Shown: positions 26,680 to 36,355 of the stretch, piece after piece | Layout of the letters: every line of letters starts with the position of its first letter | How positions within the stretch are numbered: position 1 is the stretch's first letter | NCBI GenBank assembly: GCA_016207165.1 | Contig: JACQQD010000009.1 | Location: 96,001 to 160,000 of the forward strand | Source: Candidatus Micrarchaeota archaeon | Lineage (GTDB): Archaea; Micrarchaeota; Micrarchaeia; Norongarragalinales; Norongarragalinaceae | Direction of reading: 5' to 3' | Length of the DNA stretch: 64,000 nt | Program-made: the position numbers and the translations under genes | Notes under the pieces: model-generated | Database searches by the model: none | What the model saw: the letters and a program-made list of their open reading frames with translations, nothing else | What the model was told of the DNA's origin: nothing

Positions 26680-27466
26680 GGCGCTGATTTTCAGCGGGTA
26701 CGGCGTGAACTCCGAAATGGAGTCCGCCGTTGCCCTCCAGCGCGCGGGAATGGCGTCGGACGTCGTGCACGTCAACGACGTGATTGCAAAGCGCGTCAAG
26801 CTCAACGATTACCGGATGCTGGTGTTGCCCGGCGGTTTCTCGTACGGCGACGACACGGGGTCCGGCAACGCGTACGCCTGGCGGCTGCGCAACAACGTGT
26901 GGGACGAACTGCTTGAGTTTCTCGACGGCGACAACCTGGTCTTGGGCATCTGCAACGGGTTTCAAATCCTTGTAAACTTGGGGTTGCTGCCGGCGTTTGG
27001 CAAGAAGCGCGAGCGGACCGCCGCGCTCATGCCCAATCAAAGCGGCGTGTTCCAGTGCCGTCCAGTAACCCTCAAACCCGCGTCCGAATCGTTCTGGACC
27101 CGCGGAATTGAGCGCGTGGATTGCCCGGTGGCGCACGGCGAAGGCAACTTCTATTGTTCTGCCGGGGATTTGAAGCGTTTGGAAGAAAAAAAGTTGGTGG
27201 CGTTCCGGTACGTCAAGCCGGACTTGACTTTGGCCAACCGCGAGTTTCCGTTCAACCCCAACGGCGCGCTTTCTGACATTGCCGGAATTTTGTCGGAGGA
27301 CCGAAAAGTCTTGGGTTTGATGCCGCACCCCGAGCGCGCCATGGAATCCATTCAGTTGCGCGACGGTTTTCTGCAAAAAGAGTTGGCGCGTCGCGCGGGA
27401 AAGCGCCTTTCCATGGAATCCCACAACCTGCAGTTGTTCCGCAACGCCGTGAACTACTTCAAGTAG
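26669..27466 (+). CDS. purQ: FGAM synthase glutaminase subunit
   Basis: PGGFSYGD, GICNGFQ, AHGEG, NPNG, GLMPHPER. Confidence 0.96.
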   Translation: MVDKALIFSGYGVNSEMESAVALQRAGMASDVVHVNDVIAKRVKLNDYRMLVLPGGFSYGDDTGSGNAYAWRLRNNVWDELLEFLDGDNLVLGICNGFQILVNLGLLPAFGKKRERTAALMPNQSGVFQCRPVTLKPASESFWTRGIERVDCPVAHGEGNFYCSAGDLKRLEEKKLVAFRYVKPDLTLANREFPFNPNGALSDIAGILSEDRKVLGLMPHPERAMESIQLRDGFLQKELARRAGKRLSMESHNLQLFRNAVNYFK

Positions 27467-27469
27467 GCG

Positions 27470-27982
27470 TCAGTCGCCGGGCCGGCCCACGCCGTGAAGT
27501 TCGACGCGGTGGCCGAGTTTTTCCAAGAACTCTTTCAACCAGGTGGCCGTGGCTTTAGCCAAGCCGGGGTCTTGAGGGAATTTTTTCGTCAATGCGTACT
27601 CGGATTCCCGTGCGGCTCGGTCCAGGATCAACGTTTCCAGTAGCGCGACGTTGCCCGCAATTTTTTGAGGGGACGCGGCGTTTTTTTGTTGTTCTTTGAG
27701 CCGTGAAACAATGTTTTCAGTTTCAATGCGGCTGTTGAGTGCATCCAGCGAGGGGTACCGCTTAGTGGTTTGGCTTGTTCTCTCGGTCGTGAACTGTTGG
27801 TGGGGTTCCAGTAACCCATTGATGGCCTCTTTTAGCACCTCGGCATTGGCTTCATCCAAGGCGTCCGCGCCGTGGCCGACTACTTTTACTTCGTAGTCAC
27901 CTGCTCTCCAAGAATTTCTGGACTGGCTTTGGGCTGGCTTGAGCCGTGCCAGTTCGTTGACTTCCACGTGAAAAAAAGCCAT
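27470..27982 (-). CDS. hypothetical protein
   Basis: fills the gap between purQ and the ACT protein; no motif recognised. Confidence 0.55.
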   Translation of the reverse strand: MAFFHVEVNELARLKPAQSQSRNSWRAGDYEVKVVGHGADALDEANAEVLKEAINGLLEPHQQFTTERTSQTTKRYPSLDALNSRIETENIVSRLKEQQKNAASPQKIAGNVALLETLILDRAARESEYALTKKFPQDPGLAKATATWLKEFLEKLGHRVELHGVGRPGD

Positions 27983-27990
27983 TACTTTTT

Positions 27991-28659
27991 TTACTCCGGT
28001 TTGGACGTTCTTTTTTCAGGGTGGCACAATTCAAAAAGAACGCGGTACGCGTTCAGGACGTCTTTTTCTTCTACAAAGAGAAGCATTTCCGGCACGCAAC
28101 TCATCAACTCGTACATGTTGATGTGGTTTCGAGCCAGTTCCATGCAAAGCACGTACATGATGCCCGGCGTGGTCACGGCGTCCGGATGCAAATGCATGTT
28201 GATTTCCGCGAGGCCGCGTTGCACCTTCAAGACGTTTTTCCGGGGGATGAGGTCCAGCATTTTTTCCGCGTTTTTCTCGTCCACCAACAGCTTGATGGAT
28301 TCTTCGCCTTGCACGATGCGCAACGTCTCGCCCCGCTCGTACTGCACCAAGGAGAACAACTTGGGCAAGACTTTCTGGGTTTCCTCGCCTTTAGTCAGTG
28401 CGATGTTGACGATGTGGCTTTTCGTGGAAATGTTGGAGTGGCGGATGACGTTTCGGGCGTTGTCCTGCCACTGCGGCGTCTTGCTTTGCTTGGGGTAGCG
28501 GCGGATGGCGGAAATCAGGGCGTCCTCGTTGCCGGCGATGCCGTTTTTTTGGCAGTGCCGCGCCAGGGCCCGCATGTTGACTAAGCCCCGCGACAAGTCC
28601 AATTGGATGGAGGGGTCTGCGTCGATGAGCTTCCACACCGAATCCCTAATATTTGTCAT
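27991..28659 (-). CDS. ACT-domain-containing putative regulator (archaeal type)
   Basis: N-terminal LSRGLVNMRALAR...ISAIRRY helical domain; C-terminal TPGI...LARNHINMYELMSC ACT-like domain; divergent from leuA. Confidence 0.7.
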   Translation of the reverse strand: MTNIRDSVWKLIDADPSIQLDLSRGLVNMRALARHCQKNGIAGNEDALISAIRRYPKQSKTPQWQDNARNVIRHSNISTKSHIVNIALTKGEETQKVLPKLFSLVQYERGETLRIVQGEESIKLLVDEKNAEKMLDLIPRKNVLKVQRGLAEINMHLHPDAVTTPGIMYVLCMELARNHINMYELMSCVPEMLLFVEEKDVLNAYRVLFELCHPEKRTSKPE

Positions 28660-28745
28660 TTTGATGTCTAATGTGTCACTTATTTATATTTTTTGCCTTT
28701 TTTGTCACAATTTATAAATAGGGGTGGGCCGCCAGAAAAAAGGGT

Positions 28746-30344
28746 ATGGGCGTCAGCGTATCTTCGGTTCCAGTCCACGTTTTCGACACGACGCTTCGGG
28801 ACGGCGAGCAGTCGCCGGGCTGTTCCATGACCGCTGAAGAAAAGCTCATCATCGCCCGCCAATTGGTTCGGCTGAACGTGGACGTCATTGAAGCGGGGTT
28901 TCCCGTTGCCTCCAATGACGATTTTGATGCCGTCAAGCGCATTGCCGAGGAAATTCGGGTCCCCACAATAGCCGCGCTTTGCCGGGCCCAGCCCGAGGAC
29001 ATCACCCGCGGTGCCAAAGCCATTGAACCGGCGGCCAAGCCCCGCATCCACACGTTTATTGCCACGTCCGACATCCACCTCCAGCACAAGCTGAAGATGA
29101 CGAAACCCGAGGTGCTGGCACGCGTCAAGGAAATGGTGGGGCTGGCAAAAAGCCACGTTTCGGATGTGGAGTTTTCCTCCGAGGACGCGTCTCGAAGCGA
29201 TGTTTCATTTCTCAAGCAAGTCGTCCGCACCGCCGTGGACGCGGGGGCCACCACCATCAACTTGCCGGATACGGTGGGCTACGCGCAGCCGGCTGAATAC
29301 GGCGCCATGGTCCGGCAAATTGCGGACATGCCGGAATGTGCGGGGGTCACTATTTCGGTTCACTGCCACGACGACTTGGGCCTGGCCGTAGCCAATTCGC
29401 TTTCCGGAATTCAGAATGGAGCGCGGCAGGTGGAGTGTACCGTGAACGGCATTGGCGAGCGGGCCGGCAATGCATCCTTGGAAGAAGTCGTGATGAACCT
29501 CAAAACCCGGCCGCGCCTTTTTCATGCGCACACCAACGTGGTTTCCCAGGAGCTTTTCCGTACCAGCCGCCTCGTTGCGGAATTGACGGGTTCGCCCGTC
29601 CAGCGGAACAAAGCCATTGTGGGAGCCAACGCGTTTGCGCATGAGGCCGGCATCCACCAGCACGGGGTCCTTGCCAACCGCATGACGTACGAAATCATGG
29701 CGGCCGGGGACGTGGGATGGAAAGGCGAGGACTTGGTCATTGGCAAGCATTCGGGCAAGCATGCCATTCACGCGGTCTTGTCCGGCATCGGCATCGAATT
29801 GGCGCCGGACCAACTGCGGGAAGTCGTGGAGAAAGTCAAGGAGCTGGGTGACAAGCAAAAAGACGTAGGGTCCGATGACGTCATCGGCATTGCCGAGGAC
29901 GTCATGCAACGCGGACTGACGCCGGCGTTCTCGGTCCTGGATTACGTCGCCGTAACAGGCGACAAGGTGCCGGCCACGGCGACCATCAAGCTTTTCAAGG
30001 ATGGAACCGAAGTCACGACTACCGCGCACGGCATTGGCGTGGTGGACGCCACGTTTTCGGCGCTCACCAAAGTCCTGCCAATTCAGGCCCGGCTTCAGCG
30101 GTACTCCCTTGAGGCCATTACAGGCGGCTCCAACGCCCTGGCCGCGATTACGGTGGTCTTGGAGGACGAGTCGGGACGCAAATTCCGTTCAAGGGCGGTG
30201 CACGAGGACATCGTCTTGGCGTCGCTGAAAGCGTTGGTCAATGGATACAACAAAGTACTTGTGTCAGGTGAAAAAAATGGGCGAAACAGTGTTTCTCAAC
30301 GGCAAACCCTTCACCCCGCATCAAATGCCAGTCAGCGCGTTTGA
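28746..30344 (+). CDS. leuA: 2-isopropylmalate synthase
   Basis: DTTLRDGEQ, EAGFP, PDTVG, HCHDDLG, GERAGNA, HEAGIHQHG, C-terminal regulatory domain. Confidence 0.93.
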   Translation: MGVSVSSVPVHVFDTTLRDGEQSPGCSMTAEEKLIIARQLVRLNVDVIEAGFPVASNDDFDAVKRIAEEIRVPTIAALCRAQPEDITRGAKAIEPAAKPRIHTFIATSDIHLQHKLKMTKPEVLARVKEMVGLAKSHVSDVEFSSEDASRSDVSFLKQVVRTAVDAGATTINLPDTVGYAQPAEYGAMVRQIADMPECAGVTISVHCHDDLGLAVANSLSGIQNGARQVECTVNGIGERAGNASLEEVVMNLKTRPRLFHAHTNVVSQELFRTSRLVAELTGSPVQRNKAIVGANAFAHEAGIHQHGVLANRMTYEIMAAGDVGWKGEDLVIGKHSGKHAIHAVLSGIGIELAPDQLREVVEKVKELGDKQKDVGSDDVIGIAEDVMQRGLTPAFSVLDYVAVTGDKVPATATIKLFKDGTEVTTTAHGIGVVDATFSALTKVLPIQARLQRYSLEAITGGSNALAAITVVLEDESGRKFRSRAVHEDIVLASLKALVNGYNKVLVSGEKNGRNSVSQRQTLHPASNASQRV

Positions 30345-31176
30345 CCACGGGTTGTTGTACGGAGACGGAGTGTTTGAAGGCATCCGCTTCCAAGAAAAAG
30401 GGTTGCTTTTGTTGGATGAACACGTACAGCGCCTCTACGACTCGGCTCGCATGATCCAATTGCGCATAGCCCAGAACCCGGACGAAATGCGGCGCATGGT
30501 CATCGAAGCGGTTCGGCATTGCGGCATGGAAAACGGGTACGTGCGGTTGGTCGTCACCCGGGGAGTGGGGGATTTGGGCGTGAACCCAGCCAGTTGCGGG
30601 ACGCCGACGGTCATGATTTTGGTGTCCACCATTTCGCTTTACCCGGAGAAGTTCTACGAAGAAGGCCTTCGCGTCCACGTCTGCCAGACTAAAAAGCCTC
30701 CCTTGGATGTGCTTCCCTGCAACGCCAAGACGTGCAATTACCTGAACAACGGCTTGGCGGCCTTGGAGTTCACAAAAGAAGGATGCCAGGAGGGCTTGAT
30801 GCTGACAACGGAAGGCTTCGTGTCGGAAGCCACCGCGGACAACGTGTTCGGCATTCAGGGAAACGCGTTGTTCACGCCCAGTCTGGACACGAATTGTTTG
30901 CCGGGCATCACGCGCGCCAAAGTCATGGAGTTGGCCAAGGAAAAAGGATTCCAAGTCAGGGAAGGCAAGTACCTTCCAGACGAGTTCAGGGAGGCCGATG
31001 AAGTGTTTCTCACGGGCACCGGAGCGGGCATCATTGCGGTTACGACGCTTGGCGGCCAACGCATTGGAAACGGCAAGACCGGTAAAACGACGCGGGCGCT
31101 TCGCGACGCGTACGAATCAAAGTGCAGGCAATGGTTGACTTTCGTGGATGCGCATGAACGAAAACTTGTTCGATAA
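30277..31176 (+). CDS. ilvE: branched-chain amino acid aminotransferase
   Basis: [45 protein letters not shown]; GGTGA before ATG 30277. Confidence 0.93.
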   Translation: MGETVFLNGKPFTPHQMPVSAFDHGLLYGDGVFEGIRFQEKGLLLLDEHVQRLYDSARMIQLRIAQNPDEMRRMVIEAVRHCGMENGYVRLVVTRGVGDLGVNPASCGTPTVMILVSTISLYPEKFYEEGLRVHVCQTKKPPLDVLPCNAKTCNYLNNGLAALEFTKEGCQEGLMLTTEGFVSEATADNVFGIQGNALFTPSLDTNCLPGITRAKVMELAKEKGFQVREGKYLPDEFREADEVFLTGTGAGIIAVTTLGGQRIGNGKTGKTTRALRDAYESKCRQWLTFVDAHERKLVR

Positions 31177-32572
31177 GGTCTGGAACGCGCACGCCGTACG
31201 ACAGCTGCCCAACGGCCAGACGCAGCTGTTCGTGGGATTGCACTTGATTCACGAAGTCACGTCCCCCCAGGCCTTTGCCATGCTGGAGGAGAGCAACCTG
31301 ACGGTTCGCCATCCGGAGTTGACGGTGGCGACCTGCGACCACATTGTTCCCACGGACTCCCAGCGAAGGCCCTTTTCGGACGCGTTGGCGGAAACCATGA
31401 TGGCCCGGCTGGAGCAAAACGTCAAAAAGCACGGCATCCGCTTTTTCGGACCGGAAAGCGGTAGGCAGGGAATAGTGCACGTGATCGGCCCGGAACTGGG
31501 CTTCACCCAGCCCGGAATGGTGATTTGTTGCGGCGACTCGCACACCTCGACGCACGGCGCGTTTGGCGGCATTGCCTTTGGCATCGGCACCACGCAGGTG
31601 CGCGATGTACTGGCCACGCAAACCATTGCGGTGACTAAGCCCAAAGTTCGGCAAATCCAAGTGGACGGAAAATTGGCCCAAGGGGTGTACGCCAAGGACG
31701 TGATTTTGGCCATCATCCGCAAACTAGGAGTTAACGGAGGCATCGGGTACGCGTACGAATACGCGGGGTCCACGGTTTCCGCCATGTCCATGGAAGCCCG
31801 AATGTCGATTTGCAACATGAGCATCGAAGCTGGCGCGCGCTGCGGTTACGTCAACCCCGACGAAACCACCGTTAACTACTTGCGGGGGCGGCTGTTTGCC
31901 CCGCCAAGCGATGCGTTTCAAGAAGCCGTAGTATTTTGGAAGACCATGGCATCGCCCGCCGACGCGGACTTTGACGACCGAGTTTCTTTGGACGCCTCCT
32001 CTTTGGAGCCCATGGTCACATGGGGCATTCATCCGGGCCAATCCATCGGGATTTCCGAGAACGTGCCCAAGGTATTCGAACTCGCTGAATCCGAGCAATC
32101 CACGGCCCGGCAAGCGCTGGCCCACATGAACTTGAAAGAAGGACAGCCCATCGCCGGCACCAGCATTGATGTCGCGTTCATCGGTTCCTGCACCAATAGC
32201 CGAATTTCCGACTTGCGGGAAGCGGCGAGCGTGGTTAAAGGCCGAACAGTCAAAGAAGGCGTGACCGCGTTGGTCGTGCCGGGTTCCCAAGCCGTGGCGG
32301 CGCAGGCAGTCGCCCAGGGTTTGGACGCCGTGTTTCGGGAAGCCGGTTTCCAGTGGCGGAATGCGGGTTGCTCCATGTGTTTGGCCATGAACCCCGACCA
32401 ATTGGTTGGAAACCAAGTGTGCGCTTCCTCTTCGAACCGCAACTTCATCGGCCGGCAAGGAAGCCCAACGGGAAGAACCCTGCTGATGAGTCCGGCCATG
32501 GTGGCCGCCGCCGCCATCGAGGGACGCGTGACGGACGTCCGCGACTACGTGAGCGAGGCCGCGGTTGCATGA
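31154..32572 (+). CDS. leuC: isopropylmalate isomerase large subunit
   Basis: [51 protein letters not shown]. Confidence 0.97.
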   Translation: MNENLFDKVWNAHAVRQLPNGQTQLFVGLHLIHEVTSPQAFAMLEESNLTVRHPELTVATCDHIVPTDSQRRPFSDALAETMMARLEQNVKKHGIRFFGPESGRQGIVHVIGPELGFTQPGMVICCGDSHTSTHGAFGGIAFGIGTTQVRDVLATQTIAVTKPKVRQIQVDGKLAQGVYAKDVILAIIRKLGVNGGIGYAYEYAGSTVSAMSMEARMSICNMSIEAGARCGYVNPDETTVNYLRGRLFAPPSDAFQEAVVFWKTMASPADADFDDRVSLDASSLEPMVTWGIHPGQSIGISENVPKVFELAESEQSTARQALAHMNLKEGQPIAGTSIDVAFIGSCTNSRISDLREAASVVKGRTVKEGVTALVVPGSQAVAAQAVAQGLDAVFREAGFQWRNAGCSMCLAMNPDQLVGNQVCASSSNRNFIGRQGSPTGRTLLMSPAMVAAAAIEGRVTDVRDYVSEAAVA

Positions 32573-33189
32573 GTTCCAAAATCCAGCGCATGGCGGGAAC
32601 GGCCATCGTGGTTCGCGGTGATGACATCGACACGGACCGCATCATTCCCGCGCGCTTTTTGAAAGCCGTCACGTTTGACGAACTGGGCGGAAAAGTGTTT
32701 TACGACGAGCGGTTTGACGCAAACGGCCAAACGAAAAACCACCCCTTGAATGCCCCGCACGCCAAACAGGCCAAAATCGGTTTGGTCAACAAGAACTTCG
32801 GCTGCGGCTCGTCGCGCGAGCACGCGCCGCAAGCCATCAAACGCTTCGGAATCCAAGCCCTGGTCGGGGAAAGTTTTGCCGAGATTTTTGCATCCAATTG
32901 CCTGGCCATTGGCGTTCCGGCGGTGACGGCTTCGCACGACGACGTGAAAAAAGCCATGGATTTCGTGGAAAAAAATTCGGGCCAGCCACTTGAATTGGAC
33001 GTGGAAAGAGGCACGCTTTCAGTTGGAGGGCAATTTGTTTCCATCGCGCTTCCGGCGGCGGCAAAAAAGGCGTTGGTGGACGGCCGCTGGGATTTTCTGC
33101 AAGAACTCTTGGACGCCGGGGAGCGAATCGAGCAAACCGCTTCGAAATTGCCCTACCTTTCGTTTAACGCGTGGAGCCAAAAAAGTTGA
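32569..33189 (+). CDS. leuD: isopropylmalate isomerase small subunit
   Basis: [30 protein letters not shown]. Confidence 0.96.
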   Translation: MSSKIQRMAGTAIVVRGDDIDTDRIIPARFLKAVTFDELGGKVFYDERFDANGQTKNHPLNAPHAKQAKIGLVNKNFGCGSSREHAPQAIKRFGIQALVGESFAEIFASNCLAIGVPAVTASHDDVKKAMDFVEKNSGQPLELDVERGTLSVGGQFVSIALPAAAKKALVDGRWDFLQELLDAGERIEQTASKLPYLSFNAWSQKS

Positions 33190-33194
33190 CGGGT

Positions 33195-34256
33195 ATGGTG
33201 AAGCACTATTCCGTGGCCGTGATTGAAGGCGACGGCATTGGTCCGGAAATCGTTTCCGCGGCCAAAAACGTGTTGGCCAAGGCCGGCCAATCCGAGGATA
33301 TTTCCTTTGAGTTTCTCGACGCGCCGGCGGGAGCCAAAACCTTCCAGCAAACCGGTACGGCGTTGCCCAAAGACACCCTGCAAGCATGCCGGGATGCGGA
33401 TGCCGTCATCAAGGGCCCGGTGGGTTTGCCTTCAGTTACCCCCGGCGTCGTCGAGCGTGACGTGGTCTTGGGTTTGCGCCAGGAACTGGATTTGTACGCC
33501 AACGTCCGGCCCACCGTTTTGTACCCTTCGTTGCTGGACCAGTCGCCGCTTCGGGCCGAAAAAGTCAAAGACGGCGTAGACATCCTATTCGTTCGGGAGA
33601 ATTCGGAGGGCCTCTACTCGCGTCAAGGATCCAAGGACCAGCACCGTGCAACGGACGTGAGCGTCTACTCGCAAAAAGGCGTGGACCGGATTCTAGCGTA
33701 CGCGTTTCAAGCCGCCGAAAACCGGAAAAAGAAGGTTACGTCCGTGGACAAGGCCAACGTATTGAAAACGAGTTTGTTTTGGCGGGAACGCTTTGAAGCC
33801 ATAGGCAAAACGCATCCGGGAATCAAGACGGAGTCCGTTTACGTGGACGCCATGTCGCAGTATCTCCTCCGCTGTCCGTCCAATTACGACGTGGTGGTCA
33901 CGGACAACTTGTTCGGCGACATCCTCACGGACGAGGCCTCGGAAATCACGGGTTCACTTGGTTTGGGTCCGGGCGCGAATTTGAATCCTGAAACCAAAAC
34001 CGGCATGTTTGAGCCGCTCCATGGTTCCGCGCCGGAAATCGGCGGGAAAAACGTGGCCAACCCCATTGGCATGATTCTGTCCATGAAGTTGTTGCTGGAG
34101 TTCCTGGGGCACCCGGAAGCGGGAAAGCGCATTGACGATGCGGTCCAACACGTACTAGAAAAAGGTTATCGGACGGCGGACATTGCGGGGAAAAATACGA
34201 TTGCCATTGGAACACGGGAAATGGGGGCAAGAATTGCATCCATGGCGGGAACCTAA
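33195..34256 (+). CDS. leuB: 3-isopropylmalate dehydrogenase
   Basis: GDGIGPE, YANVRP, VDKANV, NLFGDILTD, FEPLHGSAP, ANPIG. Confidence 0.93.
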   Translation: MVKHYSVAVIEGDGIGPEIVSAAKNVLAKAGQSEDISFEFLDAPAGAKTFQQTGTALPKDTLQACRDADAVIKGPVGLPSVTPGVVERDVVLGLRQELDLYANVRPTVLYPSLLDQSPLRAEKVKDGVDILFVRENSEGLYSRQGSKDQHRATDVSVYSQKGVDRILAYAFQAAENRKKKVTSVDKANVLKTSLFWRERFEAIGKTHPGIKTESVYVDAMSQYLLRCPSNYDVVVTDNLFGDILTDEASEITGSLGLGPGANLNPETKTGMFEPLHGSAPEIGGKNVANPIGMILSMKLLLEFLGHPEAGKRIDDAVQHVLEKGYRTADIAGKNTIAIGTREMGARIASMAGT

Positions 34257-34630
34257 GACTTCGAATCTTCTGGAAACTCCGTGCAATCGTATTGGTAGAA
34301 CGGCAACCCATTGGAAACGAAGACAGTGCGTTGGCCTCCTTCGGAAAACGGCATGCGGTCCACGGGCAAGTCCTTTTTGATGCCCAAGACGTTAAACGAA
34401 ATCACGTCGCCGTCCACGGTGATGGGTCCGGTAATGGAAACAGTTGGGGAACGGTATTTTCCGGAACCGGTAACGGAAATGAGTATGTCGACGGTGGCGT
34501 CCTCGGAAACCCAGCAACCCGCCAGGGCTTTCTTGTCTTGCGGCAAGGGCTTGCCTTCGAATGCGCCCAGGCACCCTGCCAAGAAAGCCGATAGAACGGC
34601 CAAAACGATGAACGCCAGGGGGGCCTTCAT
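34253..34630 (-). CDS. small putative lipoprotein
   Basis: hydrophobic signal peptide with LAGC lipobox. Confidence 0.65.
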   Translation of the reverse strand: MKAPLAFIVLAVLSAFLAGCLGAFEGKPLPQDKKALAGCWVSEDATVDILISVTGSGKYRSPTVSITGPITVDGDVISFNVLGIKKDLPVDRMPFSEGGQRTVFVSNGLPFYQYDCTEFPEDSKS

Positions 34631-34684
34631 GAACACCCAAACGTTGAATCGGTTATTATGCGTTTAGTTGAGGACGACGGGTTT

Positions 34685-35194
34685 TCAGCTTTCTTCGTGG
34701 GCTTGAAAGCGTGTTCGAATGGCTTGGATGCTGCGCGCCAATTTGGGTTTCCGTCCGGAGGCAATCCGCTCAAGCGTCCGCGGGGTGGCCCTCAGGATGC
34801 CTTGGTCAATTGCTTGAAGGAACAGACGGCGTAGGGCCACGGCTTCGGGGTGCTTGGGTGCGACGGACGTGAATCTTCGTCGGCCTTCACGAAAATCAAC
34901 GACGAGGTATTCATCCGTCTGGTGTCGGTAACCGACTTGAATGACTTGCTTGAATTGCGGGTCGTGAAGGGTCACGTAAAATTCGGCGTTTCTGGGTTGT
35001 TGCTGGGGAACTTGCATTTCAAATCCAATGGGGGCGGCGGGATGATCAGGCATCGCATGATAATAGTTTCCGCTTTGCAGGCCCCCTTTCTTGCCTTTGG
35101 TCCACGCATAGGGTTTTGGCATCCAGTCGGGGTGGCGGCGAACGATTTCCGAGAGCCGAAGATCCAGCATGTCTGCAAGGTGAATTGGAAGCAA
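34685..35194 (-). CDS. hypothetical protein
   Basis: co-oriented ORF after top6A; Arg-rich; start uncertain. Confidence 0.5.
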   Translation of the reverse strand: MLPIHLADMLDLRLSEIVRRHPDWMPKPYAWTKGKKGGLQSGNYYHAMPDHPAAPIGFEMQVPQQQPRNAEFYVTLHDPQFKQVIQVGYRHQTDEYLVVDFREGRRRFTSVAPKHPEAVALRRLFLQAIDQGILRATPRTLERIASGRKPKLARSIQAIRTRFQAHEES

Positions 35195-35209
35195 CGTGTT
35201 AAAGACGTT

Positions 35210-36346
35210 TTAGGGAAGGAAGTCCTTGGCCTTGATTTTCTCTGGAAGGTAGTTGTTGGAGATGTACTGCAGGTTTTTAGATGAAAGCGCCTGGATTTCG
35301 GCTTTGAGTTTCTTGTCCAAGAACAAGTTGATTTCGTGCTGCCATTCCTTGGCTTTGAACCAGTCGTAGGCCTGCATTTCCTTCGCTCTTTTGATGTCGA
35401 CGTCTTTCGCCTTGATGGTCACCGCTCTCAAGTCGTACGCCTCGATGTCGGAGGTGGACATGCCCAAAAACTTCATGTCCGGGCAACCCAGCCGCTCCGA
35501 TTCATGGGCGAGGGCCATGGAGCCGTACTTCATGGTTGAATAAATGTACCATCCGTACGGGTCCGAGTCCGTCAAGCAGTAGATGGGGACTTTGAGTTCC
35601 TCGCTGATACGCTGCAAAAGCCTTCTTGCGCCTCGGGCGGCCTGCCCGGCCGTGGTCATGAGCAGGCAGTTGTTTTTCTTCCAGTATCCGTCTTCATTGA
35701 GGCGGTCAAAAATCGCGTTTTTTTCGGCGACCAGCACGTACTCTATTTCCACGTCCTTGAACTCGATTTGTTCGACGATGCTGGGAACCGCCCACCCGCC
35801 GGAACCCATGCGTTCCAAGTCGATGGTGTCCACCTTGTCTCGGACGCGGTCAACCACCTTCATGGGTCCGGCCATGCGCCCTTTCGGTTCGGCCCGCAAA
35901 TGCAGGCGTTCGCGAAAAGAGTCCAAGGCGACTTCCAAGTCGACAATCGCGATGTCGGATTCCTTTTGTTCGTCGATGGTATCCTCCTTGGTCCCTTGGA
36001 TCGTGTGTTTTTTGGCGTAGTACAAGTCACGAAGGGTGGCGGTCAAGTCGTTGGCAAGCAAATCTTTCTTGACGTAGGAGGCTACAAGCAGTGTCTGCAT
36101 GAACCGGCGCGCATGCGCCACGTTGAACAAGTAACGGCGCGCCACTTTGTCGCCCAACCGGATTTTCTTGTCTTTTTCGTCGAAAAAGACGTTGCCGGAT
36201 CCCCGAATGGGGATGTCCAAGTGTGGGTTCTCCTCTTTTTCTATTTCCTTGATGAGTTGTTCGGCGAGTTTTTCGATGCGCTGGTTCATTTCCTCGATGC
36301 GCTTTTTCTTGTCGGCGGGAGTGGTTGGAGTTCTTTTGGCGTTCAT
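35210..36346 (-). CDS. top6A: DNA topoisomerase VI subunit A
   Basis: TLRDLYY catalytic Tyr, EQKESD, VAEK, TDSDPYG TOPRIM, KAEIQAL. Confidence 0.96.
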   Translation of the reverse strand: MNAKRTPTTPADKKKRIEEMNQRIEKLAEQLIKEIEKEENPHLDIPIRGSGNVFFDEKDKKIRLGDKVARRYLFNVAHARRFMQTLLVASYVKKDLLANDLTATLRDLYYAKKHTIQGTKEDTIDEQKESDIAIVDLEVALDSFRERLHLRAEPKGRMAGPMKVVDRVRDKVDTIDLERMGSGGWAVPSIVEQIEFKDVEIEYVLVAEKNAIFDRLNEDGYWKKNNCLLMTTAGQAARGARRLLQRISEELKVPIYCLTDSDPYGWYIYSTMKYGSMALAHESERLGCPDMKFLGMSTSDIEAYDLRAVTIKAKDVDIKRAKEMQAYDWFKAKEWQHEINLFLDKKLKAEIQALSSKNLQYISNNYLPEKIKAKDFLP

Positions 36347-36355
36347 GATGCAAGT

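Noticed and set aside
30271-30344. Frameshift at the A7 run joining leuA and ilvE
   Set aside because: Both genes are complete and ilvE has its own GGTGA and ATG, so a simple overlap explains it
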